This document shows positions 9,183 to 18,880 of a stretch of DNA of 56,240 nucleotides, piece after piece; position 1 is the stretch's first letter; each line of letters opens with the position of its first letter. Below the pieces are notes generated by a model, which saw only the letters and a list, made by a program, of their open reading frames with translations, was not told where the DNA came from and did no database searches. The stretch is from an uncultured Thermoplasmata archaeon (lineage in GTDB: Archaea > Thermoplasmatota > Poseidoniia > MGIII > CG-Epi1). The stretch covers positions 1 through 56,240 of the forward strand of contig CAXEHI010000038.1 in assembly GCA_963996465.1 (NCBI GenBank). The letters are read 5' to 3'. Position numbers and translations under genes: made by a program.

Positions 9183-12100
9183 TTACTCTCTTATTATAAA
9201 TTGAGAGGAACAAACTGGACAACCAACTTGAATCGGTCTTACATCTGTATGTATCGAAATAGCACTATTACAGTTAGGACATGCTAATTCTACAGGCCCA
9301 CCTGCACTTTCAAAATCATATTCTTCTTCATCTTGTCCACCAACAGCTTTACTTATGACAAATGCAACAGCCAATAATCCTATAATTCCCCCTATCACAC
9401 CTAAAATCCAAGATGGTATTCCTAATCCACCAGCAATATCTGTCGCACTCTTTTCTATTACAACAGTCACTGTACTAGAACTAGATCCTCCACGCTCATC
9501 ATAAACACTAACAGTTGCTACGTATGTTCCAGGTTCTGTGAAAACAAAATTAAAATTCCGATCATCTTCTTTATCGCCCAAATTCAACATATTAGGTGAT
9601 ACCGGTCCTTCCAAATCCCAGTGATAAATTAACTCCCCACCATCTATTTCTTGATCAGGATCAAAAGAACCCTCTGCTGTAAACGTAATTAGCACATCAG
9701 TTTTAGCATTAAAAGTACCATTCTCTTCTGAAAAACTAGAACCTAAAATACCAGCTTTGGCCACTGCTATTGGATTATTATTGGCTGCTCTCTCTACACT
9801 TACCGTCACTATTTCAGAAAATCCATCAAGAAGATTTTCATCTCCGAATGAATTTTCCATTTCTCTGACAAATAGTATAGCATCATACATCGAAATTTCC
9901 ATCCCACTTTCTACTGTATAGAAATAACCACTTTGGGTGTTTAAATTCGAATAAAGCTTACCATTATTCATGCTTAGAACGATAGAATTACCATCACTAT
10001 CTTTTGCAGAATCTCCCGATTGCATATTGCCAGTTTCTGGATTAAATTGAGCATTTTCGAAAATGTAAATGGAACTCTCACCATTTTCAAACCAATTCGA
10101 ATCCCTCCCATCTCCAAATTTAATTCTGTATTCTAAATCAGATCGCCCATCTGGGTCATTAGATTCACTTACATCAAATACCACATCCTCTCCAACAGTT
10201 ATGGTCGTTGAACCTACTACTTTCAATATGGCCTCTGGCGCAGTGTTTTGTTTAACAGTTAACATTACAGTGGTTATCTCTGATTCACTACCTCTTTCAT
10301 CCCTAACTTTGATGTTTATCTCATATTCTCCATGACTCTCAAAGGAAACAACATATTGATAATTACTAGGACCATTCCATCCATTACCATAGTCGAAGAA
10401 ATATTGTAAATCGGCCTCTCCATCTAAACTATCAGCCTCGCCATTAGTATCTGAAAACTCACAATCATCATCAGGACAAGGATCAAAACTGTCTCCAGCT
10501 TGAACATATACCTGTTCATTCACCCACGCCACATCTTTTTCAAGATCAGCAATAGCTACAGGAGCTTCATTTGGAACAGGTTTAATGACAACTATTCTTT
10601 CTTCATAATTATTATTTTTAATGGTCTCTGTTGGAACAACTGTAGTTACCCACGCATAATATTTCCTTTCATAATCATCGCCCTCCTTACCTGGCTGAGT
10701 GTATTGATACGGTATTTTGAATTCATATTCCGTCGACGTTTCACCAACTTCTATTGATTCATCAACATTTTCATTTGCACAACAACTATAACTTTTCAAA
10801 GTAGCATAGTCTCCTTCTCTAGGATCACCATCAGTTATCAGTAATTCCCAATACGTTGCCGTTGCTGTTCCTTCCCAAGTATTGCTAATCCTAACCTGAA
10901 CACGAAGATCGTCCAGTTCTGTTATTTCCTCACCATCTTCCCACTTTTCAACACTAAATTCTTCAATGATTAGATCGGGCCTGTCTTGTTCATCTCCTGC
11001 TTGAAATATCCATAGATAACTTCCACTACCAAATACCAAATCAGGAGTTTCATCACCATCTAAATCGCCAACATCAATTCCACCAAATTCTCCTATATTT
11101 TTCGATAAATGTTGAGAACTTCCTTCAGACTGTATATCTGCTTGTTGAGTCCCTATCACTAGGTCATGTATTCTGATTAAACCCCCACTAGAGCCGTATA
11201 TTACTTCTGGCTGAGAGTCCTCATCTATGTCTCCTATTTTGACCCCATGCAATGAAGTTCCCGCACTCTCAGATATAGTCAATTCATCATCTTCTTCTAA
11301 TCCATTTCCATTATAATTATACACAATAATTTTAGCATTTCCATCTCCCGAATTCGGTAAAGAAGTACCAACTAGTACTTCTACATCTCCATCATCATTT
11401 ACATCTCCAATCTCAATTCCATATGTTTTTTTCATTCCAGTACTTTTATCAATTCTACTATATTCACTACCACTTTTTTCAAATACGATTACCTTACCTC
11501 TTTCAGTCCCTATTACGAATTCATCTAGACTGTCACCATCTAAATTTCCTGCAGCAGCCCCACGCAAATATCCATTGTAGGGATTATTACCTAAATCAGA
11601 ACTTTTCCATTCCTGCTCATAGCCGTTGCCATCAAATCCATAAGTATGTACATACCCATGTGGCGTTTGTTCTGATTGACTCAGAGCATAATACGACGTC
11701 GAGACTATTATTTCTGGATATGTTGACCCATCCGTTTCACCCACAGATAAACCAAGTATAGCATCAAGCTCATCTTGCTCCGTTATTCGTGCTTGCGCTT
11801 CGGTTTCTGAATATATCCCATCACTGTCTTTATCAAATACATATAGGTAACCAAGAGCCAACCCTTGTTCATTGTTACCAACCGGTCTCTGAGGTGCGAG
11901 TTGCCCAGTCCCTATCAAAATCTCTAAATCTGAATCTGCATCAAGATTAACAACCTCTATTCCATTAGGACAACATTCTAAAATCGGACTTACCCAATCT
12001 ACGTTTTTATTAACACCATCAAACGCAACAACTCTTCCATGGGTGGCACCACTTTCCGCAGTTAAACCCCCACCATAACCAACTAAAATCTCCATATTTT

Positions 12101-13646
12101 CGTCATCATCAATATTCGCAATAGTTGTTGACCATGCCCTTCCACCAGGCAACGAGTATGCTCCTAATCCTTCAAAAGCAGGATCAGAACTCCACATTAT
12201 ATCTGGTGCACCTTCATTAGAAAAATCAGACTGTTTTAGAGACCATAATGTAATCACTCCCAAATCACCACCATGGACTATTCTACTTTCTCCATTGCCC
12301 ATTATTTCTATATCTACACCACCGCCCGGTGATGATTCTAACGTCCCTAAACTTTTACCAGCAGGTCCTGTATTCCATGTTTTTATTATATCGAATGAAG
12401 GTTCTCCACCACTCATAGTCATTCGAACAATGTTAATCCAGCCACCTTGAGTCATAACAACAATTTCATCCATCTGAGGCAATTGTCCATCATTAGGAGT
12501 ATAGACATCTCCTGCAACTACACCATATCCTTGATTGATATCTATGAAGTGAGGATTTTCAAAATCACCATCTACAACAACGTAGAATGCATCGTCAATA
12601 GCCATTATCAATTCGTCAATTCCATTAAGATTCAAATCATGCGCATAAACCAAGTAAGAACGACCATCATTGCTATTTCCCTGAGCACAGTCCCCTCCAT
12701 CATCTATTTGATCTATATCACAATACCAGATTAATTCCGGCTCATTCACATATGTACAACTATTCGGATCATAATCTCCCAAATCATTTACAACTGCAAC
12801 ATATCCGTTTTTGGAGCCAAAAGCCAATTCATTATCTCCATCTCCATTAAAATCTCCCAAAGTAACAGACCAAGCATTCTTGAATGCACCTTCAGGGCTG
12901 TTTTCCCAGTTCAATTCATCTAGTTCTATCTTATGTAATACTTCACCACAAGTTATTTTCAAATCTCTGTTTTCATTAGGCTCCATCGCAGGTATTATCC
13001 AAACATTACCCTTTTCAGATCCAACAACAAGAACAGGCTCATCAATATCATCTACTAAACCTGCCATCAAACCATTCGTTGCCATTTCATTTCCACCAGA
13101 ACCAGATTCATCATCTATTATCAAACCGAGACTGGTGTATTCATCTTCAACCTGAAAAGTAACCCCATCCATTACCATAATTATGTTACTTCCATCGTTA
13201 AAATTCGCAGTAATTATTATCTCTTCATTACAATCTTCAATACAATCTTCTCCTTCATAAACCCCATCAACATCTTCAGTATCTATCCCTCTTATTCCTC
13301 CTCCTAAACTCTTACTTTGAAAAACTTCGATATAACTTTCTAACTCATCATTCCATTGTAATATATGTACAAAACCACCATTATTTCCTATGATTATCTC
13401 CATATTTCCGTCATCATTCACATCCGACATTTTAATCGAATTCAAACCACCAATTTGCACTCCTAATCCAAAATGATCCATTTCAGTAAGGTAGCCATCA
13501 TCTTTCACAACTCGTTCAATATAGTGCCCACCATGAGCAAAACCAACTACGTTTACAAACAAAAGTAAACCCGTTATTAAAATTGCAAGATATCTTTTCT
13601 GATTAATCATTTCTACGCTCAAGCGAGAACCCAGCATATAAAGCAT
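9183..13646 (-). CDS. Large surface protein: signal anchor, at least 12 FG-GAP/VCBS-like Ca-binding repeats, CARDB-like and PKD-like modules, TM helix, cytoplasmic zinc-ribbon tail
   Basis: 1487 aa. N-terminal hydrophobic segment YLAILITGLLLFVNVVGFA. Repeats include GDVNDDGNMEIIIG, GDFNGDGDNELAFG, NIDDDENMEILVG, NLDADSDLEILIG, GNLDGDSLDEFVIG, GDVNDDGDVEVLVG, GDIDEDSQPEVIYG and GDLDGDETPDLVFG. PKD-like units (NTAPEAIL...FDVSESNDPDG, FTAEGSFDPD...YHWDL...GTYVATVSVYDERG). TM WILGVIGGIIGLLAVAFVI, then CPNC...CPVC. Confidence 0.75.
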   Translation of the reverse strand: MLYMLGSRLSVEMINQKRYLAILITGLLLFVNVVGFAHGGHYIERVVKDDGYLTEMDHFGLGVQIGGLNSIKMSDVNDDGNMEIIIGNNGGFVHILQWNDELESYIEVFQSKSLGGGIRGIDTEDVDGVYEGEDCIEDCNEEIIITANFNDGSNIIMVMDGVTFQVEDEYTSLGLIIDDESGSGGNEMATNGLMAGLVDDIDEPVLVVGSEKGNVWIIPAMEPNENRDLKITCGEVLHKIELDELNWENSPEGAFKNAWSVTLGDFNGDGDNELAFGSKNGYVAVVNDLGDYDPNSCTYVNEPELIWYCDIDQIDDGGDCAQGNSNDGRSYLVYAHDLNLNGIDELIMAIDDAFYVVVDGDFENPHFIDINQGYGVVAGDVYTPNDGQLPQMDEIVVMTQGGWINIVRMTMSGGEPSFDIIKTWNTGPAGKSLGTLESSPGGGVDIEIMGNGESRIVHGGDLGVITLWSLKQSDFSNEGAPDIMWSSDPAFEGLGAYSLPGGRAWSTTIANIDDDENMEILVGYGGGLTAESGATHGRVVAFDGVNKNVDWVSPILECCPNGIEVVNLDADSDLEILIGTGQLAPQRPVGNNEQGLALGYLYVFDKDSDGIYSETEAQARITEQDELDAILGLSVGETDGSTYPEIIVSTSYYALSQSEQTPHGYVHTYGFDGNGYEQEWKSSDLGNNPYNGYLRGAAAGNLDGDSLDEFVIGTERGKVIVFEKSGSEYSRIDKSTGMKKTYGIEIGDVNDDGDVEVLVGTSLPNSGDGNAKIIVYNYNGNGLEEDDELTISESAGTSLHGVKIGDIDEDSQPEVIYGSSGGLIRIHDLVIGTQQADIQSEGSSQHLSKNIGEFGGIDVGDLDGDETPDLVFGSGSYLWIFQAGDEQDRPDLIIEEFSVEKWEDGEEITELDDLRVQVRISNTWEGTATATYWELLITDGDPREGDYATLKSYSCCANENVDESIEVGETSTEYEFKIPYQYTQPGKEGDDYERKYYAWVTTVVPTETIKNNNYEERIVVIKPVPNEAPVAIADLEKDVAWVNEQVYVQAGDSFDPCPDDDCEFSDTNGEADSLDGEADLQYFFDYGNGWNGPSNYQYVVSFESHGEYEINIKVRDERGSESEITTVMLTVKQNTAPEAILKVVGSTTITVGEDVVFDVSESNDPDGRSDLEYRIKFGDGRDSNWFENGESSIYIFENAQFNPETGNMQSGDSAKDSDGNSIVLSMNNGKLYSNLNTQSGYFYTVESGMEISMYDAILFVREMENSFGDENLLDGFSEIVTVSVERAANNNPIAVAKAGILGSSFSEENGTFNAKTDVLITFTAEGSFDPDQEIDGGELIYHWDLEGPVSPNMLNLGDKEDDRNFNFVFTEPGTYVATVSVYDERGGSSSSTVTVVIEKSATDIAGGLGIPSWILGVIGGIIGLLAVAFVISKAVGGQDEEEYDFESAGGPVELACPNCNSAISIHTDVRPIQVGCPVCSSQFIIRE

Positions 13647-13690
13647 TTAACTAACCCACGTTTTAAGGAATTTTCTAAATTTTTTTTTGA

Positions 13691-13969
13691 TTATTTCTCT
13701 TTATTTTCTACTTTTTTAACAATTTTGTCTCTCATTTCTTTTTCATTCATACCTGATGTATCAATTCCTAATCTTTCAGCTGACGCTCGTATTTTTTCCG
13801 ATTCTGATGGTGTTTTCATAGAACCAAGAGGATAATCTCTATTCACTCCATTAAATTGTTTATACGCACGCCCAGCATTTCTAGCAAATAAACTAATCTT
13901 TTCAGGACCTAATAATACCCAAAATATTAAGAAAATAACAATTATTTCTATTAAACCAATTGAATTCAT
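13691..13969 (-). CDS. tatA: TatA/TatE-like small membrane protein
   Basis: 92 aa. N-terminal TM followed by an amphipathic helix: IGLIEIIVIFLIFWVLLGPEKISLFARNAGRAYKQF, compared with the TatA consensus ..LFGPKKLPELGRSLGKAIREF. ATGA overlap with the scpB stop. Confidence 0.6.
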   Translation of the reverse strand: MNSIGLIEIIVIFLIFWVLLGPEKISLFARNAGRAYKQFNGVNRDYPLGSMKTPSESEKIRASAERLGIDTSGMNEKEMRDKIVKKVENKEK

Positions 13970-14469
13970 ATACTTTCAGAAACCGCCCCTTCTAGATATT
14001 TTTTAATGTCAGCTTCTTCATTAGCATCTATTCCAAAATAATCTAAAAACGATTCGGTAGTTTTCAGAGCATACGTTCTCCCAATTCTTTCTCTTTCAAT
14101 CATACCATATTCTTCTAATTCACGTAAATGTTCGTAAATTTTAGAACCTAGATGTCGTTTCAATTCCGTCTGCAACATTGGCTGTTCATGAGCTATCAAA
14201 GCTAATGTTTTGAGCAAGTAAGAAGGAACCTCTCTAGGTGCTAATTTTCTTCCATACGTGGTTGCATCTTTCTTTAACTGTAAAGCGTATTTACTTCCTA
14301 GTTTTACCACTTCTAAGGCTCCTTCTCGTTGTTTATAATTATTAATTAATTCATTTATTGATTTCTTACATTCACTTATCTTAATTCCAGTTGCTTCAGC
14401 TAATTCATTCACTGTCAAAGGTCTTCCAGATGAAAACAAAGCCGCCTCAATAGCGATTGGCTGATTCAT
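13966..14469 (-). CDS. scpB: Segregation and condensation protein B
   Basis: IEAALFSSGRPLTVNELAEATGI plus a second winged-helix region. ATG at 14469 overlaps the scpA TGA (TGATG); a GTG at 14472 is an alternative start. Confidence 0.8.
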   Translation of the reverse strand: MNQPIAIEAALFSSGRPLTVNELAEATGIKISECKKSINELINNYKQREGALEVVKLGSKYALQLKKDATTYGRKLAPREVPSYLLKTLALIAHEQPMLQTELKRHLGSKIYEHLRELEEYGMIERERIGRTYALKTTESFLDYFGIDANEEADIKKYLEGAVSESI

Positions 14470-15302
14470 CACATCCCCTCCAAACTCTCAACATATATCT
14501 CAGGTATACTTAGATCTTTTTGATTTATATTTATTCTTTTTTCATGAGCCAAAAATAAACTTCCAACAAATATTTTCATTAATTTTATTTTATTTCTTTC
14601 CCCAATAACATCATCCAAAAGCACGTTTTTACTTTCGAATTCATTTATTCTATTCCAGACTTTCTCTTTATACAGAACTGGATTATCGTTATGTATATTT
14701 TCTCCCATATTTTTTGATGCTTCTTCTATCGCCTTCTCTCTCTTTTTTCGAAGACCCTTTAATCGCTCACTTCTCCTTTCTCTTTCAGTAGCAACTTCTC
14801 TAGCCTCTTCTAAAGCACCAACTAATTCCATTAGGGTCACTCTTCTCTTTCCAGAGTATCTAACAACCTCTTCGATTGGAGCTTCCACAGAATTTTCTAA
14901 TTTTTCTATAAATGTAGGCTCCCATCCGAAGTCAAAAGGCTCCCATTCTTCTTCCTTTTCAATAGCTTCTGTAGCTACTATGGCTTCTGACGATTTAATT
15001 TTTAATACATCCCATGCCCAACTAATCATTGCACCAGCCATGGGCAAATCAACCTCATTTTTGAGAGCATGATTTTGATATTCCTTGATTACCGTTGGCA
15101 AGTCTAATGACCACGGATCCAATTCATTTTCCGTTACTAAATGAAATAAAATCGCAATACCTTTAGTAAATGAATCTTCTACTACAGCAACCTCAGTTGC
15201 AGATTCAGCAGCATTTGCCAATTCAAGATAATTGTCTATTTTATCATTATTAGAGCCGAGAATTGCTTTGTGAAATAGTAAATGATTTTGTACAACGCTC
15301 AA
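14469..15302 (-). CDS. scpA: Segregation and condensation protein A (kleisin)
   Basis: 277 aa with LDPWSLDLPTVIKEY, KRRVTLMELVGAL and a C-terminal WH-like end. TTG start overlaps the smc TGA (TTGA). Confidence 0.75.
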   Translation of the reverse strand: MSVVQNHLLFHKAILGSNNDKIDNYLELANAAESATEVAVVEDSFTKGIAILFHLVTENELDPWSLDLPTVIKEYQNHALKNEVDLPMAGAMISWAWDVLKIKSSEAIVATEAIEKEEEWEPFDFGWEPTFIEKLENSVEAPIEEVVRYSGKRRVTLMELVGALEEAREVATERERRSERLKGLRKKREKAIEEASKNMGENIHNDNPVLYKEKVWNRINEFESKNVLLDDVIGERNKIKLMKIFVGSLFLAHEKRININQKDLSIPEIYVESLEGM

Positions 15303-18300
15303 ACTTCAACCTCCGCAGGCAAAGTCGAAAGGAAATTTTCCACATCAGGTATTTGTCTAATGTTGGAAACCCCATTATTCATGAATACGCCAATCACATG
15401 GTCCGATTCTCTCAAAGCCATATGATGCAAAGTAACCACAATAAATTGTGCAACTTTAGACTGTAACGCAATAGCCTTTCCAATATTCTCAGTATTTACT
15501 CCGTCTGTATTTTGATCAGGTTCATCTAGTAGATAGAACGGACATGGCTCATATCTTTGTATAGCAAATATAAATGCCATTGCTACCATTGATTTTTCAC
15601 CACCAGAAAGCAACTCTACTGGAAACAATCGTTTTCCAGGCATTCTCGCTTTAACTTGAATTCCACCTTTGAATATATTTTCCGGTTTTTCCAATTCTAA
15701 CCAAGCCTTTCCACCACCAACAAGTTCTTTGAATGTTTTCTGGAAATTTTTATTAATATCTTCAAAGACACCCATAAATTTCTTATCTTTACGCTTAGAA
15801 ATTTTATTCTCCAAACTCTCTAATCGTCTTACATCTGCTCTTAATTCTTTCATCCTCTTCTTAATTTCTTCAAATCGTTCTTCTTCCTCTCGATAGTGTC
15901 TTAGAGATAACATATTCACATATCCCAATGCACCTTTTTGTTTCTCCAAACTCTCTTTCTTAGATACTAATTGATCATTAACAGGTATTTTTTCAGGCTT
16001 CTCTACTTTAGTAGGTAATTTCTTACGAGCTTCTTTTAACTTCTCTTCTTTTGTTGTTATTTCCAACTGTAAATCATCTATCGCCCTCTCTCTAGCCCTT
16101 CCAAATTCACTTCGCTGTTCAGTTTTAGATTTATAATTAGAGAGATTATCTCTTAGTCTATCACGTTCTGTTCTCAAACCTTGTAATTTATCAAATTCAG
16201 TCTCTTCTCGTTCTTTCAGAATTGCAACTTCTTTCTCCAACTCTCTCGATTTTTTCGAATCAACAGTTAGAATTTTTTGCTGTTTCTTCTGTTCTTGCTC
16301 ATTATTTTCAATATCTTCTTTAATAATTTTTAGACCAGTTCTATAGTTCTCCAATTTAACCTTCATACCTGATAAATTATTAGATTTCTCTCCAAATTCA
16401 GTTCTTTCAATCTCTATTTTTTCTTTTAATTCATTCATTTTGTCTGCTGTTGCTCCACCGGCTAGCATTGCCAATTCCTTCTCTTCATCTGATACTTTTT
16501 GATTACATTTTTCAAACTCTTCTTTTACCGATAGAAGAACACCTTCCTTTTCAAGTAACGATTTTCTAAGTATTTCAACCGAATCTTGTTTAGTTTTCAC
16601 ATCCTGCTCTGCTTTAACTAACTCATTTTGAGCTTTCGTTGTTTGACCATCATAGTCAGTGACCCTCGTTTGTATGGATGCAAACGCATTCTCTATACTA
16701 ATTCTTGCTTCACTCAACTCTGCAATTTCATTTTCTAATCCATCTCTTTCAGAATCAAATTCTCTATATTCTTTTTCCAATCTATCTATTTCAATTCTCA
16801 AATCATCAACTTTCTTTCTATCCCCTCCTCCAAATGAAACAGACGTTTTCGAAACGGTACCGCCAATTAATGCCCCACCCTTTTCCAGTAATTCACCTTC
16901 AAGAGTAACCATCCTTCCTTTTCCAAGATAATTCTTTGCATCTTTCAAATTTTTCATAATGATTGTATCGCCAAAAACATTTCCAAAAGCATCTCTATAT
17001 CTTTCATCAAAATCAACAAGATCTATCGCAAACCCAATAGCTCCTTCTTGTCTTGAAATTAGTATTGAGTTGGCCCCAGGTTTGTAATTTCTTAGTTTAT
17101 TTATCGGCAGAAATCTAACTCTTCCTAATTTCCTATTTTTAAGAAAGTCAATAGCTCTTGATGCTGCATCATCATTCTCTGTTACTACAGATTGTAAATT
17201 CATACCTGCTGCAACTCTCAAAGCATCATTGAACTCTTCATCAACCTTGCCTAATTCAGCAACAGTTCCTATTATCCCTCCCAATTCACCACTATCACGT
17301 GCTTCAAGTATTTCTTTTACAGCATTTACATATCCATTCTGAAATTCTTCACGAGTTTTTTCTACTGCTACTAAAGATGCATATTCCACAGATAATTTGC
17401 GAGATTTATCTTCTGTATTTACTAAACAATTTCTAACTTCATCCAATCTATTTCTAACCTTTTCTTCTTTCGTTTTTATTTTATTCAAATTATCATTAGC
17501 CGATTTCTTACCAACTTTTAAATCTTCTAAACTGAATATCACTTCATCAACATCTTCTTTTACAGATTTTAACACATTTTCTGCACCAATCACTAATTCA
17601 TCCGATTCTTCAATTTGTCGCTCTATCTGTTCTTTTTCAACTTCAAGACGATTTATTTTTATCTTTAATTCACTTTCATTTTTTCTAATCTCTTCAAGAC
17701 TTTCTCTTTTCTTACCTACACTTTGTGAACTATCTGCTATACTATCTTCTAAATCCCCTAACATTTCAGTGTATTTTTTCAACTCTTTCTGATTTATTTT
17801 ACATCCACTTTCCAAATCTTTACAATCTTTTTCTATATTCTTGAATTCAGCGTCATTTTCTTGAATTTCTTCAAGCATATTCTTTCTCTCTTCTTCTAAT
17901 TTTCTTAGCATCTCTCCTGCGTGCTCAGAATTACTTTTTGCAAGAGCAGATTCTACACGAACAGCATCCAATTTTCTTTGTAATTCTCTAGCAGCTTCAC
18001 CGCCTGCTTCGTTAATATTTTCCTCAACATTTTCCAACTCATTTTCAGTCTCTTTAATTTTTCCCTCTAAATCGCGTAGTTCTCCTGCCAATTTTTCTAT
18101 TTCTTCAGAATATTGATTAACAAGATCTTGTCTTTGTCCTATATCTGTTTCTAAATCCATCACAATTCTAAATTTCAACAATATTTCTATCTCTGCTAAG
18201 CTTTCTTGTATCTCTTCTAATCTCTCAGCATCCCTCTTTTCTTTTTCTAATTGTTTAAGCAATCTTCCACATTCTTTCTGTCTTTCAGAGAGTAATACAG

Positions 18301-18880
18301 TATCAGCTTCAACAGCCTCTCTAGCACTCTTAGTTCTTCTTAGACGGGTATCATAAGCAGTTATGCCTGCCACATCCTCAACCTTTCTTCTTCTTTCTGC
18401 CCCAGACATCAAACTCGTTTGAAGAACATTTCCTTGTTGTATAACGTTGTAACCATTAGCATACAATCCAGCCCGCGAAAACAATTTTTCAAACTCACCT
18501 GCAGTAGAGGCTCGTCCATTCAATCTATAAAATGTAGAATAATCTTCACCCTTTATTTTAATTCCTCTAGTAAATTCAACAATATCACTATCAATAGCTA
18601 AAAATCGATCACTATTTTCAAAAACCATTTTTACTTTACAAAAACCAGCCAACCCTTTCGTTTTTGGATTTTCTGGGTTGTGTCCATAAACCAAATAATT
18701 GAGTCTTTTAGCTCTCAAAGCATTCGTCCTTGGCACCATCATAAAAATAATGGCATCAGTGATATTTGATTTCCCAGACCCATTCGGTCCAGTGATACTT
18801 GTGAATCCATCCCCAAAAGGAATCGAGATACGGCCCTTAAACGATTTGAAATTTTCTAGCTCAATTTCGAGCAGTCGCAC
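15299..18880 (-). CDS. smc: Chromosome segregation ATPase SMC
   Basis: 1193 aa with N-terminal LENFKSFKG...GPNGSGKSN (Walker A), long coiled coils, a hinge, LSGGEKS signature and FYLLDEPD (Walker B). GTG start at 18880 preceded by GGAGG at about 8 nt. Confidence 0.92.
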   Translation of the reverse strand: MRLLEIELENFKSFKGRISIPFGDGFTSITGPNGSGKSNITDAIIFMMVPRTNALRAKRLNYLVYGHNPENPKTKGLAGFCKVKMVFENSDRFLAIDSDIVEFTRGIKIKGEDYSTFYRLNGRASTAGEFEKLFSRAGLYANGYNVIQQGNVLQTSLMSGAERRRKVEDVAGITAYDTRLRRTKSAREAVEADTVLLSERQKECGRLLKQLEKEKRDAERLEEIQESLAEIEILLKFRIVMDLETDIGQRQDLVNQYSEEIEKLAGELRDLEGKIKETENELENVEENINEAGGEAARELQRKLDAVRVESALAKSNSEHAGEMLRKLEEERKNMLEEIQENDAEFKNIEKDCKDLESGCKINQKELKKYTEMLGDLEDSIADSSQSVGKKRESLEEIRKNESELKIKINRLEVEKEQIERQIEESDELVIGAENVLKSVKEDVDEVIFSLEDLKVGKKSANDNLNKIKTKEEKVRNRLDEVRNCLVNTEDKSRKLSVEYASLVAVEKTREEFQNGYVNAVKEILEARDSGELGGIIGTVAELGKVDEEFNDALRVAAGMNLQSVVTENDDAASRAIDFLKNRKLGRVRFLPINKLRNYKPGANSILISRQEGAIGFAIDLVDFDERYRDAFGNVFGDTIIMKNLKDAKNYLGKGRMVTLEGELLEKGGALIGGTVSKTSVSFGGGDRKKVDDLRIEIDRLEKEYREFDSERDGLENEIAELSEARISIENAFASIQTRVTDYDGQTTKAQNELVKAEQDVKTKQDSVEILRKSLLEKEGVLLSVKEEFEKCNQKVSDEEKELAMLAGGATADKMNELKEKIEIERTEFGEKSNNLSGMKVKLENYRTGLKIIKEDIENNEQEQKKQQKILTVDSKKSRELEKEVAILKEREETEFDKLQGLRTERDRLRDNLSNYKSKTEQRSEFGRARERAIDDLQLEITTKEEKLKEARKKLPTKVEKPEKIPVNDQLVSKKESLEKQKGALGYVNMLSLRHYREEEERFEEIKKRMKELRADVRRLESLENKISKRKDKKFMGVFEDINKNFQKTFKELVGGGKAWLELEKPENIFKGGIQVKARMPGKRLFPVELLSGGEKSMVAMAFIFAIQRYEPCPFYLLDEPDQNTDGVNTENIGKAIALQSKVAQFIVVTLHHMALRESDHVIGVFMNNGVSNIRQIPDVENFLSTLPAEVEV

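Noticed and set aside
10069-13155. Plus-strand ORFs of 85-114 aa inside the 1487-aa FG-GAP gene, and minus- or plus-strand ORFs of 60-88 aa inside the giant 3114-aa gene (44964-52361)
   Set aside because: They are nested in long uninterrupted ORFs with clear repeat and domain structure. They have no start context or recognisable motifs.
13966-18880. SMC-family ATPase as part of a defence system (Wadjet- or Lamassu-like)
   Set aside because: It has the full-length canonical SMC layout and cognate ScpA kleisin and ScpB partners in the standard order. No nuclease or JetD-like genes are present.
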